A DNA stretch of 64,000 nucleotides, taken from the NCBI GenBank assembly GCA_037441675.1, contig JBBIRS010000003.1, forward strand, positions 64,001 through 128,000, in the 5' to 3' direction. How positions within the stretch are numbered: the first letter of the stretch is position 1; every line of letters starts with the position of its first letter. The notes below the pieces were generated by a model that worked only from the letters and a program-made list of their open reading frames with translations, made no database searches and had not been told where the DNA came from. Below are positions 38,776-47,090 of this stretch, in pieces. The stretch comes from Planctomycetales bacterium. GTDB lineage: Bacteria > 4484-113. The translations under genes were made by a program, and so were the position numbers.

Positions 38776-39847
38776 AGATAAGCTGTGGCCTGTAAAGTTT
38801 ATGGGCATTTTCAAAAAGAGTTCTTTAAGTAAGTTGCTTAAACATTGGGGAAATTGCTTTTTCATCTTCAAACTTCTTGGCACGAATGGTTTTATCTACA
38901 AAAGGCTAGGAATTTTTATTCTTCTCTTTTTCTTTAACATACTTATTTTTTCTCATAGTTTTATCGCGGTAGGTGAGGAGAATTCTCCAGCCGATAGCGC
39001 TGGTTCTGGCGCTACTTCGGATGACGGAAGAAGACTACTTGATATATTGAAGGGGAATACTGGCTTGAAACCATTTAAGGTGCCTGAATATCTTTCTCTC
39101 GAATTTGGAAATCCTGCGGTAGGCTTCAATCCAATTAGACTTAAGTACATTATTCAGGATAAAACTGGAGCCGTGATTGGCAACCTTGAAGTTAAGATGG
39201 AGACCGACTTTGAAAATGATAGGTTAGTTGCAAAGGTTGTAAAGAGGTATAATCTTGGCTCAGTCACCGAGGTAACGATTGTTGTCAAGGCTGATGATTT
39301 TTCGCCGTTAAGAGCGATGCTTAAGCGAGCTGAAACGCCATCAGAGGATGAAAGAAATAAAGCTGAGGGTCTTTCAGGCGTGAACTTAGATAATTCGGCC
39401 AATAATGAGGAACTAAAGCCGATTTGTTCCGCATACTACTACTACGATCTCGTCACAGTTGACACCTTAGAGAGTGAAGCGCAGTCGTTTTTTGCTTTCC
39501 GAAGGTTTCTGCCAAGTTACGATATTGACGAGATTTTGTTGATTTTGACTGCAGTTGAGATTAGTGATTTTCCCAAGAAGACCCTTTGGTTCTTGACATC
39601 ACCATTTGGAGGCGCAAATCATATCACGCTAGTTGAAAGGATAGGTAAGAGGGTTGTATATGGAGCGGATGCAGAGAGGCACACTTGCGAAGTTCTTAAG
39701 TTTAGCTCACAATCATTTTCCGACGAATACTGCGTGCGCAGTATTTCACCCCAAAGAGTTATAAAGTTCACCGCTGGTGATTTGACCTTTACTTTATGGG
39801 AGGATGAGGAGAATCCGCCCGATATAATTATTGGAGGCGAGAGGTGA
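38768..39847 (+). CDS. hypothetical exported/membrane protein
   Basis: 359-aa ORF overlapping both neighbours; hydrophobic segment near the N-terminus; true start may be downstream. Confidence 0.65.
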   Translation: MAKDKLWPVKFMGIFKKSSLSKLLKHWGNCFFIFKLLGTNGFIYKRLGIFILLFFFNILIFSHSFIAVGEENSPADSAGSGATSDDGRRLLDILKGNTGLKPFKVPEYLSLEFGNPAVGFNPIRLKYIIQDKTGAVIGNLEVKMETDFENDRLVAKVVKRYNLGSVTEVTIVVKADDFSPLRAMLKRAETPSEDERNKAEGLSGVNLDNSANNEELKPICSAYYYYDLVTVDTLESEAQSFFAFRRFLPSYDIDEILLILTAVEISDFPKKTLWFLTSPFGGANHITLVERIGKRVVYGADAERHTCEVLKFSSQSFSDEYCVRSISPQRVIKFTAGDLTFTLWEDEENPPDIIIGGER

Positions 39848-40743
39848 TTGTATCCGCGGACATTGGCGCAACTAACATCTCTTTGGCGAAAATTCGGTCA
39901 AGCGGGGAAATTGAGGCACATAAGAGATTCTTGACGCCCAAGGGGATAAGCGCCAAAGAGTTCTTGGAGTTCTTCTTGCGTTCAACAAAAAGCATCGTAA
40001 GTTCATTAGATGAAGTGGAAGGTTTTGGGGTTGGCGTTTGTGGAGTGGTGCGGGATGGAACTATCGTATTTTCCCCCAACGCTTGTTTTAGAAACCTTCC
40101 TCTAAAGGAAGGGCTTGAGCAAAAATTTTGCGTTCCTGTCGCAGTGTTAAACGATGCGGACGCATTCGCCCTAGGCGTTTTTCACTACGAGTTTGCAGGT
40201 AGATTTGAAAGTGTTTGCGCTATTACTCTTGGAACTGGCTTGGGAGGCGCGATGGTCTCAAGTTACGGCTTGTTTCAAGGTTTCGGCGGAATGTCACCTG
40301 AAATTGGTCACATTACCCTTGTCGCAAATGGAAGACTTTGCGGATGTGGGAAGCGAGGATGTTTTGAGGCTTACGCTAATGAAAAAGCACTTCTTACTGA
40401 ATACAGGCTAGCCCATGGCAAGAAAAGCTTATCTACAGCTAAAGAACTTTTCGCACTTTTTAGAGGCAGGGATAAGTCTGCGCGGAGGGCTTTTGAGCGG
40501 TATGGATATTTCTTAGGGGTAGGGCTTTCTAGCATCGCAAATGTTTTTACTCCGCAAGTATTTATTCTTGGTGGTGGAATTAGTAAGGCAAAAAGCGCCT
40601 TTTTGCCCGCATTGGAGAAGAGCCTGAGAGAAAATTTGATCAGTGGGCTTCCAATAAAACCAAGGGTTATCTTCTCCGCTTATCAGAGGAAGGCTTCGTT
40701 GCTTGGCGCGTTCTATCAGGTTAAAGCAATGATTGGCATTTGA
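39844..40743 (+). CDS. ROK family sugar kinase (glucokinase-like)
   Basis: DIGATN, NDADA, TLGTGLGG, EIGH, CGCGKRGCFE, GGGIS. Confidence 0.92.
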   Translation: MIVSADIGATNISLAKIRSSGEIEAHKRFLTPKGISAKEFLEFFLRSTKSIVSSLDEVEGFGVGVCGVVRDGTIVFSPNACFRNLPLKEGLEQKFCVPVAVLNDADAFALGVFHYEFAGRFESVCAITLGTGLGGAMVSSYGLFQGFGGMSPEIGHITLVANGRLCGCGKRGCFEAYANEKALLTEYRLAHGKKSLSTAKELFALFRGRDKSARRAFERYGYFLGVGLSSIANVFTPQVFILGGGISKAKSAFLPALEKSLRENLISGLPIKPRVIFSAYQRKASLLGAFYQVKAMIGI

Positions 40744-41197
40744 GTGTATTAAAATATGTCAAGGAGGATTAACAGAAAAAATAGGAAAGAAGAATAGAGT
40801 TACAAGAAAATCTTCTGGGCAATCAATAAGAGTTGCTTCGGATGCCATAGAGGAAGAAATCAGTTTTGAGGATGTCCTAATCCTGATTAAGGAGGCTATT
40901 TCCGATAAGAAGGGAGAGGACATAGTATTCCTCGACCTTTCCCTTATCGTTGATTACCTAGACGTAATTTGCATCGCGACGGGTCATACGCCAACGCACA
41001 ATAGGGCAATCGCTGATAGTGTTACCGAGAAGCTGGCTGAATATGGTATAATCTCTGATAGTCTTCAGGGGTACAGTGATGGTAGCTGGATATTGTTGGA
41101 TTACGGGTTAATAGTGGTTCATATTATGCTTCCACACATTAGGGTATTCTATGACCTGGAGGAGCTGTGGGCTGAAGGTGAAAGAGTTGATGGATAG
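40733..41197 (+). CDS. rsfS: ribosome silencing factor RsfS (Iojap)
   Basis: DKKGEDIV, IATG, WILLDYG..VVHIM....RVFYDLEELW; start uncertain. Confidence 0.92.
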   Translation: MAFECIKICQGGLTEKIGKKNRVTRKSSGQSIRVASDAIEEEISFEDVLILIKEAISDKKGEDIVFLDLSLIVDYLDVICIATGHTPTHNRAIADSVTEKLAEYGIISDSLQGYSDGSWILLDYGLIVVHIMLPHIRVFYDLEELWAEGERVDG

Positions 41198-41199
41198 AT

Positions 41200-41272
41200 G
41201 GGGCAGTGGCGCAGTTGGTAGCGCGTATCCTTGGCGTGGATAAGGTCAGGGGTTCGAATCCCCTCTGCTCCA
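41200..41272 (+). tRNA. tRNA-Ala(GGC), CCA not encoded
   Basis: Acceptor GGGGCAG/CTGCTCC with G3:U70, D-arm GCGC/GCGC, anticodon arm TATCC-TTGGCGT-GGATA, T-arm AGGGG-TTCGAAT-CCCCT, discriminator A. Confidence 0.96.
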
Positions 41273-41343
41273 CTTATTGGAACATTTTTTGAGTTTAGGA
41301 GTCTATTAGTCAGAGTTGAACAATACATTCGGAGGAGATTTGA

Positions 41344-42642
41344 ATGGTTCAACGATTAAAATATTTTTTTGTATTAATCATAGTGATTCTTGCCACTAAT
41401 AGTGTAGTTGCCTTTGCAAGAGTTGACCGACCTGTAACACTTTCTTTTAATCCTGAAGAAGGTTCTTCTGAAAGGTATATGACCATAGTTACATTGGGAG
41501 GCACAATTACCCAACCGAAAAAAGTGGATTATATTGGAACAGACTTTCTAGGCGCGGTTGCTGGGAGAGGTTCAGAAGGATTGTATCGATTGAGAACTGT
41601 ATTTAAAGACGAGGTAGCGGCATCTCAAAGAGGTTTGAGCAGGCACGTTCTTACGTTTTACGATTTTGACGTATTGGAAGTTGCCGCGCAGAGGCGTCAG
41701 GAAGAAGGGCGAAGGGGTTTTGGGCCAGGTGGTGGGGGCAGAGGTGGTAGAGGGGGGGGTGGCGGAGGAGGTGGAGGCGCATCCACCCAATCCACAACTC
41801 AACCTATCTCTCCACTTCCTTTACCCCCTTCCACGTCAGGCTTTGAGCCTCTTCAGGCAGGACCTCCGGGCGGTGGGGGTAGAGATGGAGGGTGGCTACC
41901 TCCGAGTGGACCTCCCGCTGGAGCGGATAAGACCTTTGATACCAGTAAGCTCACGATTACAAACCTAGAGTACGTGCGCGCTAAGAACGGCGACATTCTA
42001 GATATTGGTGGCGAAGAACTGGAGTTAATCCAAGAGTATTCCAGACACGCGGTTAATATGGAGGAAGAAAAGCCGGGCATAATAAAGCTGAGTCTCTTGA
42101 ACGTTTTTGAGTGGACTCAACTGCTTAGGCTGCCCGATTATCCCGTTTGGCGTGAAGATATCTGGTTCGCAACTGTTCCGGTAACTATTCCTGGTCTGCG
42201 TAAGCCGATCCCGATGAACCTCATTTACCGTTTGATTGGATTTATAAGGGTTGGCACGCGAGAATTAGCCATTATTGACATTGACGGCATAGAACAGTTC
42301 CACGAATTTTGGGAAGAAGAAACTGATAAAGTGTTGGTGAAGTATGAGGGAATGGGTTCCTTTTCCATTGCGGCACGGTACCTTTTTGACATTGAGAGAG
42401 GAACTGTGTTCGGTATAGAACGTCCACCCATGTGGGATATGCTTACTATGAGCTTCTTCCCTGGTGATTTTGAACTTAAATTCCTTGAGATGAAATTTCC
42501 GGGATTGACCGCCAATCTTGACATGAAACTTTACACTGAGGAGCACAAGAAGAAGAGAACCAAGTACGAGAAGGAAGCAGCACCCAAATTGACCCGTCGG
42601 CAAGTCGCGCTGACGTTTATTATGCAAACTGAAGCTGAGTAG
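41344..42642 (+). CDS. hypothetical exported protein with Gly/Pro-rich insertion
   Basis: SD GGAGGAG, signal peptide ending AFA, 432-aa ORF. Confidence 0.8.
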   Translation: MVQRLKYFFVLIIVILATNSVVAFARVDRPVTLSFNPEEGSSERYMTIVTLGGTITQPKKVDYIGTDFLGAVAGRGSEGLYRLRTVFKDEVAASQRGLSRHVLTFYDFDVLEVAAQRRQEEGRRGFGPGGGGRGGRGGGGGGGGGASTQSTTQPISPLPLPPSTSGFEPLQAGPPGGGGRDGGWLPPSGPPAGADKTFDTSKLTITNLEYVRAKNGDILDIGGEELELIQEYSRHAVNMEEEKPGIIKLSLLNVFEWTQLLRLPDYPVWREDIWFATVPVTIPGLRKPIPMNLIYRLIGFIRVGTRELAIIDIDGIEQFHEFWEEETDKVLVKYEGMGSFSIAARYLFDIERGTVFGIERPPMWDMLTMSFFPGDFELKFLEMKFPGLTANLDMKLYTEEHKKKRTKYEKEAAPKLTRRQVALTFIMQTEAE

Positions 42643-42700
42643 AAAGTTGACGACAAAGTAAAGCTAGAAGATAAAACGCATGTCCATTCTCATAAGCTAA

Positions 42701-43321
42701 CTAGTTCGCTATGGGGAGTTGGACAACAACTTCAATTGCTATGCCGTCTTTGTTGAAGGATGTGGTTAGGGAAAACCCCTTGCCGAAGTAATACCAAGTT
42801 TCATACGCCCAGGACTGAACGATGGGTTCGCCCTTCTTGAAAACTTCTCGCTTGTGCCTTTCCTTGCGCACAGGTGGCCCAAACTTTCGCTTAATCTCGC
42901 TTGACTTATAGCCAAGCAGGTCTTTCTTTCCGTAAAACCTTTGGAAATCATCATAGTATGATGGAGGAATGTATAAATAAATAGCGGTAAGACCGAATTC
43001 TTCCTTGCCTTTCACCCTAAGCAATAGGCTATCTTTCGCATCTGTGAATTCATAGCTTCCTGGTTCTATTTCCCGAAGTAATTTGAATCCTTTTTCCTTC
43101 AGATCCTCCTTTAACTTGTCAATTCCCATGTATTCCATTCCCACAAAGAGACCATGCGAAAACTTAAGTCCTTCCGCGGATAAATCCCTAGGGAGAAAAT
43201 TTCTCTCAATATATATCCCAACTGGCAACCCAAAAGCTAACAGGATGAGGAAAAGGAAAAAGTATTTCCATACAGGCTTTTTCTTAGTAATTTCTGGTAA
43301 TCTTTCTGGGGGGAAATCCAT
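42701..43321 (-). CDS. hypothetical membrane-anchored protein
   Basis: N-terminal TM; IKRKFGPP...ETWYY segment reminiscent of BamE/DUF2845-like folds. Confidence 0.7.
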   Translation of the reverse strand: MDFPPERLPEITKKKPVWKYFFLFLILLAFGLPVGIYIERNFLPRDLSAEGLKFSHGLFVGMEYMGIDKLKEDLKEKGFKLLREIEPGSYEFTDAKDSLLLRVKGKEEFGLTAIYLYIPPSYYDDFQRFYGKKDLLGYKSSEIKRKFGPPVRKERHKREVFKKGEPIVQSWAYETWYYFGKGFSLTTSFNKDGIAIEVVVQLPIAN

Positions 43322-43453
43322 TATCTTGATTTAATAAAACAAAATATACTCAAATTTTACCCTAGCAATCTTAACAAGTCACTAAGTAAAATTAACGCGG
43401 ACAGAATTGGGTGAGATAATTTTAGCGGAGAAACTACAAAGAATAGAGAAACG

Positions 43454-44656
43454 CTAGCTAGCCAGTAGAGGCACTAAACCGGGCAAGGTTTTTCCGGCGA
43501 TAAATTCCAGACTAGCGCCACCACCTGTGCTTACGTGAGTAAAAATAGAGGATAAACCAAGCTTATTTAGCATTTCTAGGGTTTCGCCACCACCGGCAAC
43601 AGAAAAAGCCTTAGGATTTGACGCGAGAGCGTTAGCAACCTCTTGGCTACCTTTTTCAAAGGGAGAGGTTTCAAAAGCTCCAAGCGGACCATTCCAGAAT
43701 ATAGTGGATGAGGTACGGATATATTGCGCGTAGAGAGTGCGTGTAACATCACCAATGTCTCCGGCAATTTCTGAAGCACGTATCTCAGAAGGTTTTCTAT
43801 TCGCTAATAATCTAACTTGTTTGAAGTCATCGGTGACGGTGAAATCGGCGGGAAGAACTAGTGTAGTGGTGCTACGCCTATACTCGTCAATTAGCTCCTT
43901 CGCGGTCGAAAGCATTTCTGCATCAAAGACAGACTTGCCCATAGAGTTTCCCATTGCCTTAGAAAACGTGTTGGCGGTTGCACCGCCAACGAGTACTACG
44001 TCCGCCCTGCCGATTAGATTCTCCAAGACTGGTAGTTTATCAGCTATTTTCTTTCCACCGATGAGAACAGTGTATGGTCGTTCTATTTTATCTGTAAGGC
44101 GCGAAAGCGCTTGAACTTCCTTTTCCACGAGTAAGCCTGCGTATGAGGGGAGGAATTTGGTTACCCCAACAGTGGAGGCGTGGGCGCGATGAAGAGAGCC
44201 GAAAGCATCGCTAATAAAAATATCAAAAGGTGAGGCGAGCTTTTTAGCAAAATCTTCGTCGTTTTCCTCCTCCCCCGCGTAAAAGCGCGTGTTTTCAAGA
44301 AGGAGAACCTCATTCTCCCTCTGTTCCTTTACTGCGGATTCCACACTCTCGCCGATGCAATCTCCGACGAATCGAACATTCTCAAGTGCTGGATAAAGCT
44401 TTCTCAAGGATAACTCAAGCTCTCGCGCTACTGGTGCGAGGGAAAAAGCTGGGTCTGGCTTGCCTTTTGGTCGCCCTAAGTGAGAGATGATGGCAATTCG
44501 GCATTTTTGCTCAAGAAGATTCAAGATTGTGGGCAAACTTTCACGAATGCGGGTATCATCCTTGACCTTACCATCCTCAATGGGAACGTTAAAGTCAACA
44601 CGGACAAGAGTTTTCTTTCCTGAGACGACATCAGGCGAGATTAGATTCAAATTCAT
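43454..44656 (-). CDS. pgk: phosphoglycerate kinase
   Basis: RVDFNVP, SHLGRPKG, LLENTRF, DAFGSLHRAHAS, WNGPLG, STGGGASLEF; ATG at 44656 has a GGAG SD. Confidence 0.98.
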   Translation of the reverse strand: MNLNLISPDVVSGKKTLVRVDFNVPIEDGKVKDDTRIRESLPTILNLLEQKCRIAIISHLGRPKGKPDPAFSLAPVARELELSLRKLYPALENVRFVGDCIGESVESAVKEQRENEVLLLENTRFYAGEEENDEDFAKKLASPFDIFISDAFGSLHRAHASTVGVTKFLPSYAGLLVEKEVQALSRLTDKIERPYTVLIGGKKIADKLPVLENLIGRADVVLVGGATANTFSKAMGNSMGKSVFDAEMLSTAKELIDEYRRSTTTLVLPADFTVTDDFKQVRLLANRKPSEIRASEIAGDIGDVTRTLYAQYIRTSSTIFWNGPLGAFETSPFEKGSQEVANALASNPKAFSVAGGGETLEMLNKLGLSSIFTHVSTGGGASLEFIAGKTLPGLVPLLAS

Positions 44657-44795
44657 TGATACTCCCAATTCTTGAAGTTGGTGCTTTCTTATTATAAGGC
44701 GTAAAGCGCATCATTTGAAGGCAAAATAAGAGCTAAGAGGAAAAATCATTTAGCAGATAGCAGGAGGAGTTAAATTAATTTTGCCGTACTTGGAA

Positions 44796-44816
44796 TATAA
44801 TTCGTTAGTTGGCGAA
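44796..44816 (+). promoter_or_regulatory. -10 box and probable ArsR operator
   Basis: TATAAT (44796-44801) overlapped by inverted repeat TTCG-N8-CGAA (44801-44816) directly before the arsR-like ATG. Confidence 0.55.
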
Positions 44817-45197
44817 ATGACGAATCAAATACTAAAAGATTTCTTGCGCGTGACGAGAGCACTATCTGATTCCACTAGGCTTCGGATTATCATGGCGCTA
44901 CGCAAGCGGGAGCTTTGCCTATGCCACCTTGTGGAGCTTCTCGGTCTGGCGCCATCTACGGTCTCCAAGCATTTATCCATACTGAAAGAGGCTGGTTTTG
45001 TTGCCGAGCGTAAGAAGGGCAAATTCGTGTTTAACCGCATTGATTCTGAGGGGGATTCCCCCATTGGGAGAGAAATTCTTAGACTGGCTATAAGGAATTT
45101 AGAGAAGGATAAGGCGATTAAAGCAGACGAAGTTGCGCTAAAAAGAATATTGAAACTTGAGCTGAAGAAACTGCTGGAGATGCAGGCGAAACGGTGA
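44817..45197 (+). CDS. ArsR/SmtB family transcriptional repressor
   Basis: ALSDSTRLRII, ELCLCHL (ELCVCDL-type box), STVSKHLSILKEAG. Confidence 0.92.
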   Translation: MTNQILKDFLRVTRALSDSTRLRIIMALRKRELCLCHLVELLGLAPSTVSKHLSILKEAGFVAERKKGKFVFNRIDSEGDSPIGREILRLAIRNLEKDKAIKADEVALKRILKLELKKLLEMQAKR

Positions 45198-45204
45198 TTT
45201 CAGA

Positions 45205-46503
45205 ATGAACTGGAAAAAGGAGGGAAACCTTCTCGTTTTGCTGGCGTTAGCGTTTGGTGTTGCCTACTTTCTGCCAACAGAAAATGCACGTTTTCAGGGC
45301 GCGGTTCTTGAGGGGTTTAATCTTCTAAAAGAGTACGCGCGTGAACATGTAGTTCTCTGCCTAATTCCGGCGCTTTTCATTGCGGGAGCCATATCGGTTT
45401 TCGTCAGCAAGGAGTCGGTGCTTAAGTATCTTGGCGCGGGAGCTAACAAAGTTCTTGCTTATGGGGTGGCGAGCGTGTCGGGAGCGCTACTTGCGGTGTG
45501 TTCCTGCACGGTTCTTCCGCTTTTTGCTGGGATATACGGAATGGGGGCGGGTATCGGCCCTGCCACTGCGTTTTTATACTCTGGGCCCGCTATAAACGTT
45601 CTCGCGATAGTTCTAACTGCGCGTGTGCTTGGCGTGGAGATTGGAATTGCGCGGGCGCTGGGCGCCATTCTCTTTGCGGTCGTCATAGGACTATTGATGC
45701 ACTTGATATTCCACCGCTCCGAGGCAGAGCGGATGGAAAGCTTCGGTAGCCAAGAATTTCCAAGACGGAAGAAGCGCCTCTCACAGGATGCGCTTTTCAT
45801 CGGGGTTCTTGTAGCAGTCCTCCTAAGCGGTACTTGGGCCAAATCCGGAGACGGGTCTAGCCTGTGGAACGCGATTTACAGCGTGAAGTGGATACTTGCA
45901 TCTTTGTTTGGAATTATTCTTGGAGTTTTGGTTGTCCGCTGGTTGAGGGTGAATTTCTGGCTTGTTTTGCTAACAGGCTTGGTAACTGCCTTGACAGCGG
46001 TGCTCTTTCCATCGGAGCCAAAGGCGGTTTATCTTGTTGCGGTGGTGGGACTTTCGGTAGCGCTTCTGAAGAGTGGCGGTGAGGCGGAGGAGTGGTTTAA
46101 CGCAACTTGGCTTTTGGCAAAGCAGATACTTCCGCTTCTTCTAATTGGAGTTTTAGTGGCGGGATTTTTCTTTGGGCGTCCCGCGCATGAGGGTATCCTA
46201 CCAAGCGAGTGGGTTATGCGCTTGGTCGGCGAGAACTCGCTAATCGCGAATTTCTTGGCGTCCATCATAGGGGCGGTAATGTACTTTGCGACGCTTACGG
46301 AGGTGCCAATTCTTCAGGGGCTGATGGGAAGCGGGATGAATAAGGGGCCCGCGCTGGCTCTACTTCTGGCGGGGCCCGCGCTATCTCTGCCGAGTATGCT
46401 GGTGATAAATAGCGTGCTTGGTACGAAGAAAACGCTTGCGTATATTTCACTTGTGGTGGTTATGGCTACGGCGACAGGGATGATTTTCGGGAGGTTCTTT
46501 TAG
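45205..46503 (+). CDS. DUF318/ArsP-family permease
   Basis: EHVVLCLIPA, LAVCSCTVLPLF, FLYSGPAIN, YFATLTEVPI, GPALSLPS. Confidence 0.9.
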   Translation: MNWKKEGNLLVLLALAFGVAYFLPTENARFQGAVLEGFNLLKEYAREHVVLCLIPALFIAGAISVFVSKESVLKYLGAGANKVLAYGVASVSGALLAVCSCTVLPLFAGIYGMGAGIGPATAFLYSGPAINVLAIVLTARVLGVEIGIARALGAILFAVVIGLLMHLIFHRSEAERMESFGSQEFPRRKKRLSQDALFIGVLVAVLLSGTWAKSGDGSSLWNAIYSVKWILASLFGIILGVLVVRWLRVNFWLVLLTGLVTALTAVLFPSEPKAVYLVAVVGLSVALLKSGGEAEEWFNATWLLAKQILPLLLIGVLVAGFFFGRPAHEGILPSEWVMRLVGENSLIANFLASIIGAVMYFATLTEVPILQGLMGSGMNKGPALALLLAGPALSLPSMLVINSVLGTKKTLAYISLVVVMATATGMIFGRFF

Positions 46504-46609
46504 GCTGGGGGAACTTTGATAAGTGAGAAAGAGTTAATAAATGGGCGAGTGAGTATCAAGGTGGAAGGTTGATAAATTTGCAAGTGTTAATTAATAGGAG
46601 GAAAGTTTT

Positions 46610-46867
46610 ATGAAACTAATTGAAATTCTTGGGCCGGGATGTCAGAGGTGTGTAGCCCTTTATGAGCTGACCAAGATGGCTTTAAAGCTACTTGGAGTGG
46701 AGTGCGAAGTGAAGAAGGTTGAGGACATGAGAGAGGTTATGGCGAGAAAAGTCTTGATGACGCCAGCGCTTATCGTGGATGGGAAGGTGAAGGTGAGGGG
46801 AAGAGTTCCAACTATTGATGAGCTTAGGCAAATTCTTGTCAACATTCTTGCAGAGGAGGAGGCATAA
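46610..46867 (+). CDS. small thioredoxin-like redox-active disulfide protein
   Basis: ILGPGCQRC, TPALIVDG, GRVP; SD GGAGG. Confidence 0.9.
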   Translation: MKLIEILGPGCQRCVALYELTKMALKLLGVECEVKKVEDMREVMARKVLMTPALIVDGKVKVRGRVPTIDELRQILVNILAEEEA

Positions 46868-47090
46868 TAAGGAGGAGACATAATAGGGGCTGATGGGCAA
46901 GGATTAGAAGTGGGGGGGGGGAAGATATGGATGCCTGCGCCTGCGGGAAAGATTTGCCGGAGCGGATGCTTCGGTGTTGAGGCAAAGAGCGTCTTAATAG
47001 TTGTTTATGAAAAACTAACGACATCTAGCCAAGATGGCACATTGGGCATATGATAAAATTGCCAATGGGAGATTAGAAAGGAGGAAGGCA

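Noticed and set aside
41149..41352. 67-aa minus-strand ORF (GAEGIRTPDL)
   Set aside because: Antisense translation of the tRNA-Ala gene
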